A DNA stretch of 56,785 nt, filler included, from Basidiobolus ranarum (Eukaryota): NCBI GenBank assembly GCA_040143965.1. It is 4 parts of 4 records of this genome, joined end to end, with 100 filler letters (N's around TTAATTAATTAA, not from the genome) between each part and the next. Parts side by side here need not be neighbours in the genome. Positions count along the whole stretch, not along the records: positions 14,244 to 28,375 come from JASJQH010000440.1; 3 more parts are not named here. The stretch is one strand, 5' to 3'. Position 1 is the first letter of the stretch. Each line of letters starts with the position of its first letter. The position numbers were made by a program, and so were the translations under genes. Positions 14,244 through 28,066 of the stretch are shown in pieces. The notes beneath the pieces were generated by a model. That model worked only from the letters and a program-made list of their open reading frames with translations. It did no database searches and had not been told where the DNA came from.

Positions 14244-14757
14244 GACTGCATCCCCCTGACCCCCTCTTTTCATCCTTACCCTTACCAGAACATCTATATC
14301 CTCCACTCACCTTAATTAACTGATCAATTTGGGCAAATGTATGTCAAGTTTTCAGCCTCAATATTGTTGAAGTTTATTGTCTTTATCATATTTGCTATCT
14401 CTATCTTTATATACCTAACTATATCATATATCACCTATAAGTTAGTTAAGATAACTTAGTCAAATATCACTTAACTGCAAATTGGAACTTATATTATATA
14501 TATATATGAATATTGTGAGAATTAGTAATTCCATATTGGAAGTTTCAAACTTGTCCAAATTGTTCCAAAGATAGCACATTTTACTCCCACAGATGTTCTG
14601 AACAAAACCCCAGTCTTAGTTGTCTAATTTCCACCAAAAATGTATATATGCTTCATTTCTGGTCAACAAATAATCATCTCATAAAGTTATTCACAACTTC
14701 ACTTTTCCAAAGTTCCTCCAAACAGCCAATATTTTCCCAATAGATATGATCCAGCTT

Positions 14758-14857
14758 TGCCACAGTATCTTAAAAGGTTGATGTTTGTAATTGTCAATTT
14801 GTGTAGATTAGTATATAAACTAAATAAAATTCATACCACCTGGTGCTTTTCTTCCCC
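14758..14857. repeat. Interspersed repeat family B (inverted copy at 56683-56785)
   Basis: CACAGTATCTTAAAAGGTTGATG...CCTGGTGCTTTTCTTCCCC aligns to the reverse complement of the window's last ~100 bp. Confidence 0.75.
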
Positions 14858-14999
14858 ATAACAACTTGGCCTAGTTAGCAAATAGTTTTCAATATCAATA
14901 TAAATCATAAAGATTTACTTAATAGTTATATTGCATTCTGTGGTTTGTCTCACTCTGTAGCCAATATTATGTTTAAAATTTACAAGATCAAAAAATATA

Positions 15000-17620
15000 A
15001 ACACCTTTATATAGGTGACAGAGCAAAGATGATAAATATGCTCTTTGTGGAGATAGAGTTTTCATATCATGGCTTAGAAAGCTACATGAATGATTTAACT
15101 TATTGGGATTCATCCATTGACAACTGATTAAAGAGTTAAAAAAATTAGCATCTACTATATTACAATCAGTATAACCCCAAAATTACCTTATAAAATATTG
15201 AGAAAATCAATGAAGAACTCAACGTCAAATATGATCTGAACCACTTTTCTAAGCTACTATGACAATGCTTAGGAAAGCTTGAAACACTCAATAAATCTCC
15301 TACAATTCAACTGCTGCCATATTGATGATATCTGAAGAACAAGAGTTGTATCTACTTAGCTTTGAAAAGGAAGAGATCTTTGCTTGGTTTCAAGACCAGC
15401 ATCATTTATCAATCACTCTTACCTTTGTGAATTTTAATATTCTACAAGATTAGTCAATTATCATCAAGTAATGATAATTCAACAAGTATGACTAAGTTTC
15501 AACTTTCTACCAACAAAGTTTTACTAGTCTCAGGTACCTATGTGCAAAATCAACAGTATATGATGCTAACTTTATGTAATGTTCCATCTCACATACAATG
15601 AACCACTGATGAAATTGCAATTGAAATTATGGCAGATAAACATAATAGAAGAATACTGCAAAACCAAAGTTTAATTAACCAGCATCAGAAAAGACTACAA
15701 AAGTTGCAGTATGTTGAAGATATGGATCCACCAGTTACCAAAGTTACAGTTGATCAGATAATAAATAAATCATCAACTTATCAGCTAAAATAAGCACTCA
15801 AACATAAGATAGTGGAAGTGGAATATATCGTTAAAGTTGAAGATCTAATAGCCAATACTTGTGTTGTGAACCTGCAATAGGTAAAGTCCAGTAAAATTCC
15901 AGAAGCTATCAAGCTTGGCAATTCTATTGTTAAAATCTCAAATTCAATTGAGAGGTAAACAATGATCCTGACATGCACAAGATCTCAAAGGCTGGCCATA
16001 TTCTATATTTCATTTGCTTGGAAGCAATCAAGAAAGTAGCCAGAACAAAGAAAGTAAATCAAAATTGGATATAGTACAATATTAGAAAGCTCAATTGGAC
16101 TAATTGCTCAAGAATTGCTTCAGCTTTAAACAAGTTAAATTCAGCAGAAATGTATCCAAGATTATCAACATATCTCTTGCTGTTGATTTTGTACTAACTA
16201 GCTTCTATTAATATTTTGCCATTATCACTACAAAAGATTTATTTATTTAATGGCAATACAATGAATGTATTGATTCATTTTTTTGTCCAGAACCCTATCT
16301 GTCATAATTGATTTTCAGATAATGATTTCATTGATCAATATGATGCTTTAACTGGACATAGATGCATTATATTGAAGAATTTTTCTTGCCTATCAGTGAT
16401 CTTAGCAAAATGTCCTCCATATTAGAACCTTCTATATAATAAATAGACTTGTATCATAATATAAACAATTGCCATATTTACTTATTTGGATACATGTTGC
16501 AATTTGTGAAGAAGATTCATAATGACATAGTTGAAAGGGTTGTTATATTTATCATATTCAACACTGAATATGGGAGAAATCAACTACTTTATAAAACCAA
16601 TATGTGATCAAATGATTAGCCTTAAATATATATAAAGCTTGTTAGTAGCAATATTTATGAGCACTCTTACTTTTCCAACCAGAAATGCCATCACCTTGCC
16701 TACTAAACCTAAACAAGGATAATCTTGAGCAACTCCACATTATGACTTGGCACCAGTCTTTTTGTTTATAGTGCAAATAGTGAATTGATGCTTGAAGTAA
16801 TGATCAAATGTTTTAATTAATGTCTTTGTTATTTGTGTGACTTGAGCCACCATACACAATCTGACTAAATTGGTACCATGATCTGGAATAGAAGTAAGTG
16901 TCTCTTCACCCATAATTTGTACTAACAAGTCAGACTTATCCAGTAAATGATATATGTGGAAATAAGTTTGATAATGGATGTTTGGTATCATACATGATGT
17001 TCACTTGTAATTATTGTCTATGTGATGTGTATCTAAATATACAGATTGCAAGCAAAGCTATAACTGTAAAAATGACATTAATATGTTTCCTGGGATGCTG
17101 TATTTCTCTGATGATTAGCTCATAGAAGTTACTTGTCAACCAAATTTTCAGGACATAAACTTTGATAGTTTTGTAAGAAACCAAATCTCAATTAGCTTGA
17201 ATTCTGAACTGGAGAAGACCAAAATAATAAGATGTGAGGTAAAAGCTTTCTTTTATGGGACTAAGTTGTTGACTTGTTTTACATATTCACTCAAAGACCT
17301 GCCAGAAGTAAACCTTTTGAACTTGACAAATCTCCACTAAATTTAAACAAGCATGTAAGCCAATATATAATGTTGAAGCTATCATTGAGAAGAGTCTTCT
17401 GTATTGGCACTTTGGTTTGGTCCATAGCAGAGCATAACATATAAGGCTGCTTGACTATAAGGGAAAATTATGATTGATATGTAGTCATTCATTTGAGCCT
17501 CATGAATAAGTTGTGGTTAAGAAACTTGATATATACAGTCAAAGTCAAGCTAATTTCTATGTAAAGTATTTACCCCAGGGTTAAAATCACCACAGTTGAG
17601 ACTTCTGACTTGGGGGGTGG
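15000..17620 (+). mobile_element. Highly degraded non-LTR (LINE-like) retroelement relic
   Basis: Stop-ridden + strand frames retain RT-like motifs in correct order: IKPIC (~16591, cf. RPI), LEVMIKCFN (~16791, cf. DxxKAFD), FGIIHDVHL*LL (~16981, cf. GxxQGxxLSPLL), LYFSDD (~17098, cf. YADD), EKTKII and DLGGG. A decayed C..C..GH..C knuckle lies at ~15975-16020. Almost no CpG. Confidence 0.5.
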
Positions 17621-18157
17621 AATCTTTACATAATGGATTATATCACTGAGACCCCCTATTTTTACTTGATATGGGGAATTGCATCCCTCATATCCCCAGC
17701 CTCCCAAACTATCTTACTCTAGCTTAGAAGAACTATACACCATAACCTTATCCTATTTGGAATACTCTTATGTCTAGCTCGCTAGGGAACTTGACTATAT
17801 CTACTTGACTTTATGCTAAATATATAATGCTTACAATAGGTTTATTTATTTAAGCATGTTTTTAACTTGAAATATCAATTTTGCCCCTTCTGGTGTTTTT
17901 CCATTCTCCCTGATGCGCGTTGAGAGGAAAGGGCACATTGTTGTTTTAGCCTAAATAGTCCTACATCCTTACCCTCTGGCCGTAATTTTCGCACGAATCC
18001 ATGAGTCACTACCTCCAATCCTACCAAAAATGGCAACAACCGAATGCTGCAGTTACAAGCGCAGCTGATGAATCATTGGATTTGCAAAGTACATAAACCA
18101 TACCCAGCTCAAGTGGGGGAAGTACAATTTCATTCCCATTTTTTGCATTCCATGCCA

Positions 18158-20005
<1,848 letters not shown>

Positions 20006-20227
20006 GTTTTTATGATAAATATGTGCACGAGAATCCTCATTCTAAGCATCAATAAAAATCATTCAGTTTTCATACCATGAAATTTCCGCATTAATATGGT
20101 TCACATTAATGATGTTGAGTTATTTATCCCTCTCTAACATCACTATTCGACCCAATATCTGGTCAGTGATATATATATTCATATATATAGCTCTAATAAA
20201 TAATGCCAATCGATCCCAAAAATCACT

Positions 20228-20875
20228 GAACATTGAACACGTTGGTGGTGGTCCAGAGAGTATCACATTTATGGGGAATCGGCTGGTTCCATCTCTAGTC
20301 ACTATCATAGGTTTCTCAATCGTGGTTTGTTCAAGAGAGCAATCCTGCAATCAGGAACTATCAATACCGTACCTCTTAGACCTGATGCAGCGGATTAGCC
20401 ACTATTTGAGCAATTTTTGGAGAAATATGGGATTGACAAGAACCTGGATAGTCAGGGAGAGGTTGATGCTCTCTGTCAAATCATACTACGTTAGTGAACG
20501 ATATTAATGGGTTAGGAGCTGCTATATCTCCACACCAGGATGATGTTCTAATCCAAGTTGAAATCATAAAGCAGGCTCTTGAGCTCCAGGGCTACGATGA
20601 AAGCATTGAAGCAGCCATCATTGGTGAATGTGAAGATGAGGTTTGCTGGCGCAAACATGACAATTGGAAACGAATTAGCCTCATCTGTAACTCTTCCTAG
20701 GGCACGTTGTTTTATTATCGAAATAATTTCACAGACCCTGAAGGGTATAAGGAATATGACGAGACACAGATCCCACAAAACTTGAGACAGGACTTCATGA
20801 GTATTTATCCCGAGCCCCAGTCGAACTATACCGATGAATAGCACCAGTATAAATGGTGATTTCAAATTGCAGGGC
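20228..20875 (+). pseudogene. Internal fragment of a carboxylesterase paralog (frameshifted)
   Basis: Co-linear with 18913-19595 and retains YGESAGSIS, HQDDVLI and the same intron position after GAG, but carries indels and stops. Confidence 0.85.
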
Positions 20876-20949
20876 AAACATCATGATCGAATACGTAGTA
20901 TTTTTTGGCAGTGGCTTGATAGTTGCAGATCTCCACTTCGGGATCATGT

Positions 20950-21322
20950 GCTTCGAAGGGAATAGTTTGGCCTCAACGTCCCATTATTCCTAGTTTATTA
21001 GCCCTAAAACCTGCACGAACGTATGAGTCACTACCTCCTAGTCTGCCAATTAATGGCATCAACCAAATGCTGCAGTTACAAGCCCAAATGATGAATCATC
21101 GGATTTGCGAGGTACAAAAACCATACCCTTAATCCTAAATCAAATTTCCAGTTTGTAATATTGTTTGCATCACACTTCAATGGCACTATATATAGTCATT
21201 GTTGCTATCGCTTCATTTGCTTTGTCAGCAAGTGGAGTGAAGGGTGCTACTACCATCACACTGGACCTTCCTGGCCATGGGATTCTTCGAGACGGAGTTA
21301 CCAGTCAAAGAGCACAATGCTT
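20950..21322 (+). pseudogene. Promoter plus 5' coding fragment of a third carboxylesterase copy, truncated by Copia sequence
   Basis: Aligns to 17925-18301. ATG at 21180 gives MALYIVIVAIASFALSASGVKGATTITLDLPGHGILRDGVTSQRAQCL; homology stops abruptly at 21322. Confidence 0.85.
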
Positions 21323-21722
21323 ATTTTATGTACTTCGCTTGGTGTTATACAGAAAACATGATTACTGATATGTTCACCAAACCATTAGCTAAGCCAAAAT
21401 CTAAAAAATTTAGACCCTCCTTAGGATTTGTTTATATGTCTATTTATCCTTGGGACAGTATTAAAATTAACTTAGCCTAAGTATATATATATATTCATAT
21501 ATAACTTCATACTTCATAATTCTATATGTCACTAAGATATCACTCACTTTTCTAAATTGGAGCTTACTTTGGTATTTGCAGACATATAGACTTTTCAGAC
21601 CTGTCCTAGAGGCCACAAACTTTGCACACCTATGCCTGGAACATTTTGTAACATATCTGACATACTTCTTACTCTCCTATTGGTATAATTTCAAATGTCA
21701 AACTTCTAATCAATAAATTAGT

Positions 21723-21984
21723 GGACTTGTTCCATTGTGCCAGGATTTATTGGACCTTCAATCAATATATTAGAGTAAATGTGATAGAATACTTTATCCA
21801 ATGGACTTGTTCTCTGTGATAGTGCCAGATTGTGCTGTATATATCATATTGGATAAAGTGTTCTAAAATTTATGTGGCACAATTTGGCACTAACCAGCAC
21901 CCTCTAGCATGATCAATCTCAATCACAATTACTCTAATATATTGAGCCAAGGTCCAATAAACCCTGACACAATGGAACAAGTCC
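21723..21984. mobile_element. MITE-like foldback element (~262 bp) with ~65-bp terminal inverted repeats
   Basis: GGACTTGTTCCATTGTGCCAGGATTTATTGGACCTT... pairs with ...AAGGTCCAATAAACCCTGACACAATGGAACAAGTCC. AGT is present on both flanks (possible 3-bp TSD). Confidence 0.75.
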
Positions 21985-21994
21985 AGTGTTTGAA

Positions 21995-22342
21995 TATTTA
22001 GGTACTTTGGGAGTTTGTTACAGGTGACTTGGAGAACTGGAATAATTGGTGGTTTTCACTTACTTATTTATTGAGTAGAGAGTTGTCATTTAGAGTTTTG
22101 CCTGGATGTAAGCAAACAATTGTGTAGAATATGCTAGGGAAGATCCTGGGATCATGTGCGCAATGCTTGGAGCTTCTAGCACCAGTTAGAATATCTCAAC
22201 AACTTTTAAGTTTTCTGAGATATAGATTTTTTGAAGTTAATTCCAATGGAGAGTAGTGAGTAATAGCTTAGTGAAATATTGAATAACTAAACTCTAAGCT
22301 ATATATGACTATCTAGATACTTATGCAATGCTAAATTCAACA
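21995..22342 (-). mobile_element. Solo LTR (reverse orientation) with probable 5-bp TSD
   Basis: Reverse complement of the 13801/35431 LTR; ends TTCAACA at 22342; flanks TTGAA / GTGAA (4 of 5 match). Confidence 0.8.
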
Positions 22343-23362
22343 GTGAAAACCACCAATTCTTCTGGTTACCAAAATTGCTTCCAACAACTCCCAAAACACT
22401 TTATATCATTCTTTTAAGGGATTTCTTGCTTTCTTTATGGCTAGAATTTTCCAAGTATGCTAATGTAGTAAAGTACCTCTACCAATTCATAAATAGTTAG
22501 AATATGCTATTATATTTTGGGAGAAGTTAGCTTTGATATGGTATTACTAACATATTTTATTGATCCTGAGTAATGGTATTATTGATATTGAAAGGTAGTA
22601 GAAATTTCAAAGCTTTCTTGAAGCCCCCAAACCTTGTACATAGTATTGTTGCTTCCTTTCCAACATGAACCCAGTATTAGTTGCTGGTGTTTTGGACAAA
22701 ATTATAAATATCAAAGTTCTAGCTAATGCACCAACAAGTATGAACTATACTATCCTAAAGCTATTCATTTCTCATCCAATCTCCTTGTAAATTCAAACAA
22801 CCAATTGTTGAACAAATGAGAATAGCAACAAACAGAGAGATTACTACTATAGTAAGGCTAATATTCATGAATATGGGGTTCAGTAGAAAATACTTTAAAT
22901 TTTGTGTGGCAACATACATCTACTTTGAAACATGATTTATGATAACATTTGTTAATAAACACTGATGGCATCAGCTGTGCAAATATATAATTATATGCTT
23001 TCAGGAGCTTTTACTAAGTGTATGACTTATAAATTGCAATTGTGAGATTACTAGTCAGCTACTTATCTGGGGAACACCTTTTCACCTCAGCCACTAATAT
23101 GCTTTAACACCCAGGAACAATAGCTTAAAAATGTTCATTTCTAAGAGAATTAGATTTGAACTTGGCCATTTGCTGTTCCCCAAAGTCAATCTAGAAAGAC
23201 TTGTTCAGCTCCCAAAGATATTTGGAGCACTATGTATATTTTCAGTTTACATCAAGCTCAAAAATATATTTGTACTAAAGGTTTCTTGCTGTAATTTCAA
23301 ACCATCACAATGATGTAAGATGGACTGATACTGCTCAGAATGTCATATATACAACCCTAATA

Positions 23363-23566
23363 TCAGTTGACATTTGTAGTTTTGTCAACAGGTAGATAAA
23401 CTAATTTTTAGAGGACATAGTTGGAGAAAATGATAAAATCAGAGAATTTCCAAGTTGGTAAAATTATTGGTCACAAATTACTCACAAAGATACTAAATAA
23501 TTTCAGTAAGATTTTAATAGCTAACTATGTAACTATTTAGATTCTTAAGCTGTGTCATTTTCAACA
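23363..23566 (-). mobile_element. Diverged partial LTR copy (reverse)
   Basis: AGTTGACATTTGTAGTTTTGTCAA and the terminal ...TTTTCAACA match the reverse complement of the LTR. Confidence 0.55.
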
Positions 23567-24259
23567 AGTATAAGATACTTGGAGTATATAATAAGGAAGA
23601 TCCAAAATCTAAAATAAGCCAGTGCAAGCTTCAAAGTTTAATAACTACATAACCACAAAACTGATAATATGGCCAATGAAATATTTGAAGCATTAGTTAC
23701 TTAGAGGTACATCCTGCATTAAAAGAAGTTGGAATCTATGTAACCAATGGATTGTCCATCAGTTGCAATTTGCAAGCTGACAGTGAAATTATTGAATTGG
23801 TTTGGAGTACTAGTGCATAGAAATATTTCAATAGAGTTTCGGAAAAACTATATTACACAAGCCAATGGGTGCCTCGCTATTCGAGAATTTCAAGAAAATT
23901 ATTTGAGTTTATAAGTACTTAACATATGCACCATTAGGAAGAGAGGCTAAACGTATCAATGGCTCGATCCTACAACGCCCATAATCATATTGAACAAGAT
24001 GAACATTGAATTGAGGTCGGAAATGTACACCCCAATATTTCGGACTTCTCACGAAAATCCTGTGCACGACAAAATGTTACTGGCATACTATTTATAGAAT
24101 TAAGAACAAACGTGTATATATATCAGCTGAACTTAGAGTATAGGACAGATTACAAATGTATGGATAAGATATAATTGCGGATATCTAATGGTCAGGGTTG
24201 GTGAAACTACTTACTCGTATATATAATGCTGTACATTCTGTGCTCTCTTCTCGAACAAA

Positions 24260-25852
24260 ATGGACGTAGACCCTAAAGTATTACGAGAGCAATTTCAAAA
24301 GATCGTTGAATTGGCAGTCCTTCGACATGAGAATTTACATCAGCTTCGAACATTACCAGAAGTGAGTGCTTCGGATGTGGTGGCCCAAGATGCGGTTTTA
24401 CTTGAAGAGAAACTACCACTTAATAGTCAATCTTTAGAAGCCACCATGAAGGAGATTTTTGACCAGATTCTTCCAAGATTAGCAAACGGAGCCGGACCAA
24501 AGTAAGTCTAACGGAAGCTATACGGTGGTTCTGAGATGAACTTTACCACTAACGCTTATTTAAAAATAGATGGTTTGGTCTTATCACAGGTGGTGTGACA
24601 CCAGCTGCATTGCTTGGAGATTGGTTGACCCCCGTTTACGACCAAAATCTAATCCTCCATTCCCCTAAGGAGTCCATTTCTACAGTTATAGAACAACATG
24701 CACTAGACATGGTACTAGATTTGTGTAACATTTCGCGAGCCAGGTTTCCAGGAAAAACCTTAACTACTGGAGCTTCAGCTAGTAATGTTCTGGCTCTGGC
24801 CCATGGTAGACAGTGGGTATGTGCAACTCGTTGGGGAATTGATCCTTCTGAAGATGGACTATGTGGTAAGGTTATAAAGGTACTTGGTATTAAAGTACAC
24901 GCGAGCGTTGTCAAAGCAATGAGTGTCACTGGCTTAGGAAGAAGAAATTATGTTGAGGTATCTGGAGATCAAAACGCAATAACTTGGGATTTTGAGAAAC
25001 TGGAAAGTCTTCTAAAGGAATATCAGGAAAATGATTCAACAGGAGCCATTGTCGTGGCGGGCTTTGGAGAGGTTAATACAGGTGCATTTGTTGCTGATAT
25101 CCCCAAGGTTAGAGAGCTATGCGATAAGTATCAAGCTTGGCTGCACATTGATGCAGCCTTTGGAATGTACGCACGGGCGACAAAAACCTATGCCCATTTA
25201 GCACCTCATCTTGAACTGGCCGACAGTATTACCTCGGATGGGCACAAGGTATATTTGATAGCAGATTATGATATAAGCACTATAGAAGTTTCAATTATAA
25301 TTTACTAATGCTGAAACAAAAATATTTTAGTGGCTAAATGTACCGTACGATTGTGGACTGTTTTATACACGATATTTGGATGTTTCTCTTCAAGTATTCG
25401 GCGGTGTTAAAGCTGCATACCTTGCTACCACTCCCGATGATAGTACCCCGAACCCTATGAGCACCAACATTGAGAGCTCTCGTCGATTCCGGGCATTACC
25501 ACTTTATATGTCGCTCAAGACATATGGCGCTGAAGGCTACGCGCATATGTTTGAAAGTAACTGTTTATTCGCGCAAAAACTTGCTGACTGGCTACAACAA
25601 CATCCTTCGTACGAGATCCTCTCTCCATGCTATTTAAACATCGTACTATTTAGAAGCAAGGTGAAGGAATGGAGTGGTCAAGACGGAAATCAGAAGCTAA
25701 TCGACGCTCTAAAAGCAACGGGAGATATATATGTTACAGCAACTGCATGGAATGGCCAGGAAGCCATTAGAGCCGCGATTAGTAATTGGAGAACCAACAT
25801 TGAGCGAGATTTTGAAGTGGTGACGAAAGCACTGGCTAAAGTTATAGCGTAG
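24260..25852 (+). CDS. Group II PLP-dependent decarboxylase (aromatic amino acid/diaminobutyrate decarboxylase-like), 3 exons
   Basis: GPK|WFGLITGGVTPAA, GEVNTG, WLHIDAAFG, PLP-lysine motif DGHK|WLNVPYDCG, ESSRRFRALPL and IRAAISNWRT. Introns 24502-24569 and 25249-25330. Confidence 0.9.
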
Positions 25853-26278
25853 TCAATGTATTCAGCATGTAGTACAAGTAAACCTCCATGAAACTGGCCC
25901 ATCCTATATTATTAATTTATAGTAATGGGAATTCATTAGTGCCACGTGTGTAACTCCTCGCTGTGACCATTTGAGCAGATCAATTTACACGGGAATAAAC
26001 GCACAGTGGAGTTGATTGGTTTCCCAACTATTCAGCTCTCAATAACTCAACTATTCAAGCCAATCATTTTCTTCAAGCACAGGTTCATTATCCAGTAATT
26101 TACCTGTAATCGATGAATGCGTTGCCAGAAAGCAGCAGCCCTTGTCTAAAGATATACTGGTTTGTCAATAGGCTGCTTAATAACTAAACAACTTCATTTA
26201 TTATGTAGATAGGCGATGCATGACGATAGTATGAAAGTTAAATGACTATTAAGTGATTTCGTGGTGGGATAAGAATGT

Positions 26279-28066
26279 TTAGGCACTTGACAATATGTCC
26301 TCAGCCACTTTTTGTCCTACCATATGAATAAACATCACGGGGAAATATCCAGGAATTTCTGGGAATACAGAAGCATCCACCACTCGAAGATTTTTGGTTC
26401 CCCGGACTCGGAATTTGGAGTCCAGCACAGCCATGGGGTCACTATCTTCACCTACTTTAGCGGTACAGCAAGCATGATGGCCCCAAGAGATTTCGCGAAT
26501 GTATTGTTTGAGCTGGTCATCGGTGGTTAAGTTTTTTCCTGGCAAATACTCCTCGAATTGACTCCATACAATCCCGTTGGTTCGCTTTCTTTGTAAGCGA
26601 ATTTGCTTTACTATAGCATCAAGATCCTCATCACCACCCTGCTCGAAGTAATGGAAGTTGATGTAAGGAGTATCAAAGGGGCTGTCAGAGGTCAATCGCA
26701 CTTCACCAGCTCTGTTCTTGGTATGAGCCTTAAGAATCAATTGAGAGACGGAGTCTGGATGATCTGCTGCCAATTGAGAATATCCTTTGAAGTATCCCCT
26801 GAAGAGAACTGGGAGGTTAAGGGTGAACAAATCGGGCTCAGTAAGGCTTGATTTGGACTTGTCCATGTAAGCGGAGAGAACACCATTGGAAATGTAAGGT
26901 CCAGTGCGGTACTTTTGGTACTCGTTGAAGCATGGATCACTGGAGTTGGCCCAGAACTTGCAATCTTTCAAAAGACTGAACTTGCGGTCCAACTTCATAA
27001 CAAACGGAGTTTCATAACGATCTTGCATATTACGACCTACTCCTGGTAGGTTGACTTTGGTTGAGATGTTCATCGCCTTCAGGTGATCCTGATCACCAAT
27101 ACCACTGAGCATCAATAGTTGTGGAGTATTGAACGTACCCGCGGAGATGATGATCTCCTTCTTGGCAAATACTTGTCCGATAGTGGCATTCTGACGATTA
27201 CGGTCACTAGAGAGTGGACTGGCTTTGTATAAGTACTGGCCTTGGGTGAACTCCACTCCTTTGGCGGTGTTTTGCTCGTCGAGAATGATCTTGGTAGCTA
27301 AAGTATCAGTCCAGATGGTGAGTTTTCCAGCACCGGCCACTTGCTTGATATACCCGGAGTAATCACCACGGTTGTAGTTCTTACCATCCACATTCTGGGG
27401 TACGAAGATCCTGCCTTCTTTATCTGATTCAAGATTACCCAGAAGAGTATATCCGTTTACATCACGGAAGACGTTACCAATGATATCTGTTAGCATCCCG
27501 AGGAACTGAGGATCCAAAGTGAGTTGACGAAGGAAGTTAATATAACTGGTAGGAAACCAACCATTAAAGCCATGATCTGGCTCAAAAATCTCCGAACGAT
27601 AATAATTACGTTCCATTCGTTTGAAGTATTTTCTCATATTCTTCTCTTTCCATCCGTTATCTTTAGTAGTTGTCGCCATCAAGTCGAAGTCTCGGGTATT
27701 AGGATACAAAGCAATCATGGCATGATGATTAGGACAGCCACCTAATGCTCCCACGCGAGGATAGAAGACATTCTGGCGAAGGCCAGTGCTTTCAGGATAA
27801 TGCTTGACAAAGTATTCGAACGAAATGGCGGGGTCTTCGGATGCTCGGACATGTAAAACTGGTGTGGTAGTAACGCTGCTCTGATAATCGGGACCAGCCT
27901 CTATGAGCAACGTGCTGAAGCCAGCTTTGGCCAACTCAGTGGCGACTACTCCTCCGCCGGCTCCGCTCCCGACCACTACGTAGTCAAACTCTTGCTGTTG
28001 ACCGTGAGCGTAGAGGCTCAAGGAGACTGTGAGAAGGAGGCCCAGAAGATTACGTCCTAAAACCAT
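26279..28066 (-). CDS. Secreted GMC (glucose-methanol-choline) oxidoreductase, single exon
   Basis: Signal peptide, FAD motif DYVVVGSGAGG, GTFNTPQLLMLSGIG, LPGVGRNMQD, WGHHACCT and LRVVDASVFP. Confidence 0.93.
   Translation of the reverse strand: MVLGRNLLGLLLTVSLSLYAHGQQQEFDYVVVGSGAGGGVVATELAKAGFSTLLIEAGPDYQSSVTTTPVLHVRASEDPAISFEYFVKHYPESTGLRQNVFYPRVGALGGCPNHHAMIALYPNTRDFDLMATTTKDNGWKEKNMRKYFKRMERNYYRSEIFEPDHGFNGWFPTSYINFLRQLTLDPQFLGMLTDIIGNVFRDVNGYTLLGNLESDKEGRIFVPQNVDGKNYNRGDYSGYIKQVAGAGKLTIWTDTLATKIILDEQNTAKGVEFTQGQYLYKASPLSSDRNRQNATIGQVFAKKEIIISAGTFNTPQLLMLSGIGDQDHLKAMNISTKVNLPGVGRNMQDRYETPFVMKLDRKFSLLKDCKFWANSSDPCFNEYQKYRTGPYISNGVLSAYMDKSKSSLTEPDLFTLNLPVLFRGYFKGYSQLAADHPDSVSQLILKAHTKNRAGEVRLTSDSPFDTPYINFHYFEQGGDEDLDAIVKQIRLQRKRTNGIVWSQFEEYLPGKNLTTDDQLKQYIREISWGHHACCTAKVGEDSDPMAVLDSKFRVRGTKNLRVVDASVFPEIPGYFPVMFIHMVGQKVAEDILSSA

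Larger units (their letters stand above)
21323..22408 (+). mobile_element. Ty1/Copia 3' remnant: RNase H C-terminus, PPT remnant and split 3' LTR (21459-21722 + 22343-22408)
   Basis: TENMITDMFTKPLAKPKSKKFRPSLG matches the Copia RNase H 'ADxxTKxL' end. It is followed by GGGACAG and TATTAAAATTAAC (a mutated TGTTGAAATTAGC LTR start). The LTR resumes at GTGAAAACCACCAATT after two insertions. Confidence 0.7.

Noticed and set aside
16740-16991. 83-aa minus-strand ORF
   Set aside because: Antisense to the decayed RT motifs in CpG-depleted repeat DNA.
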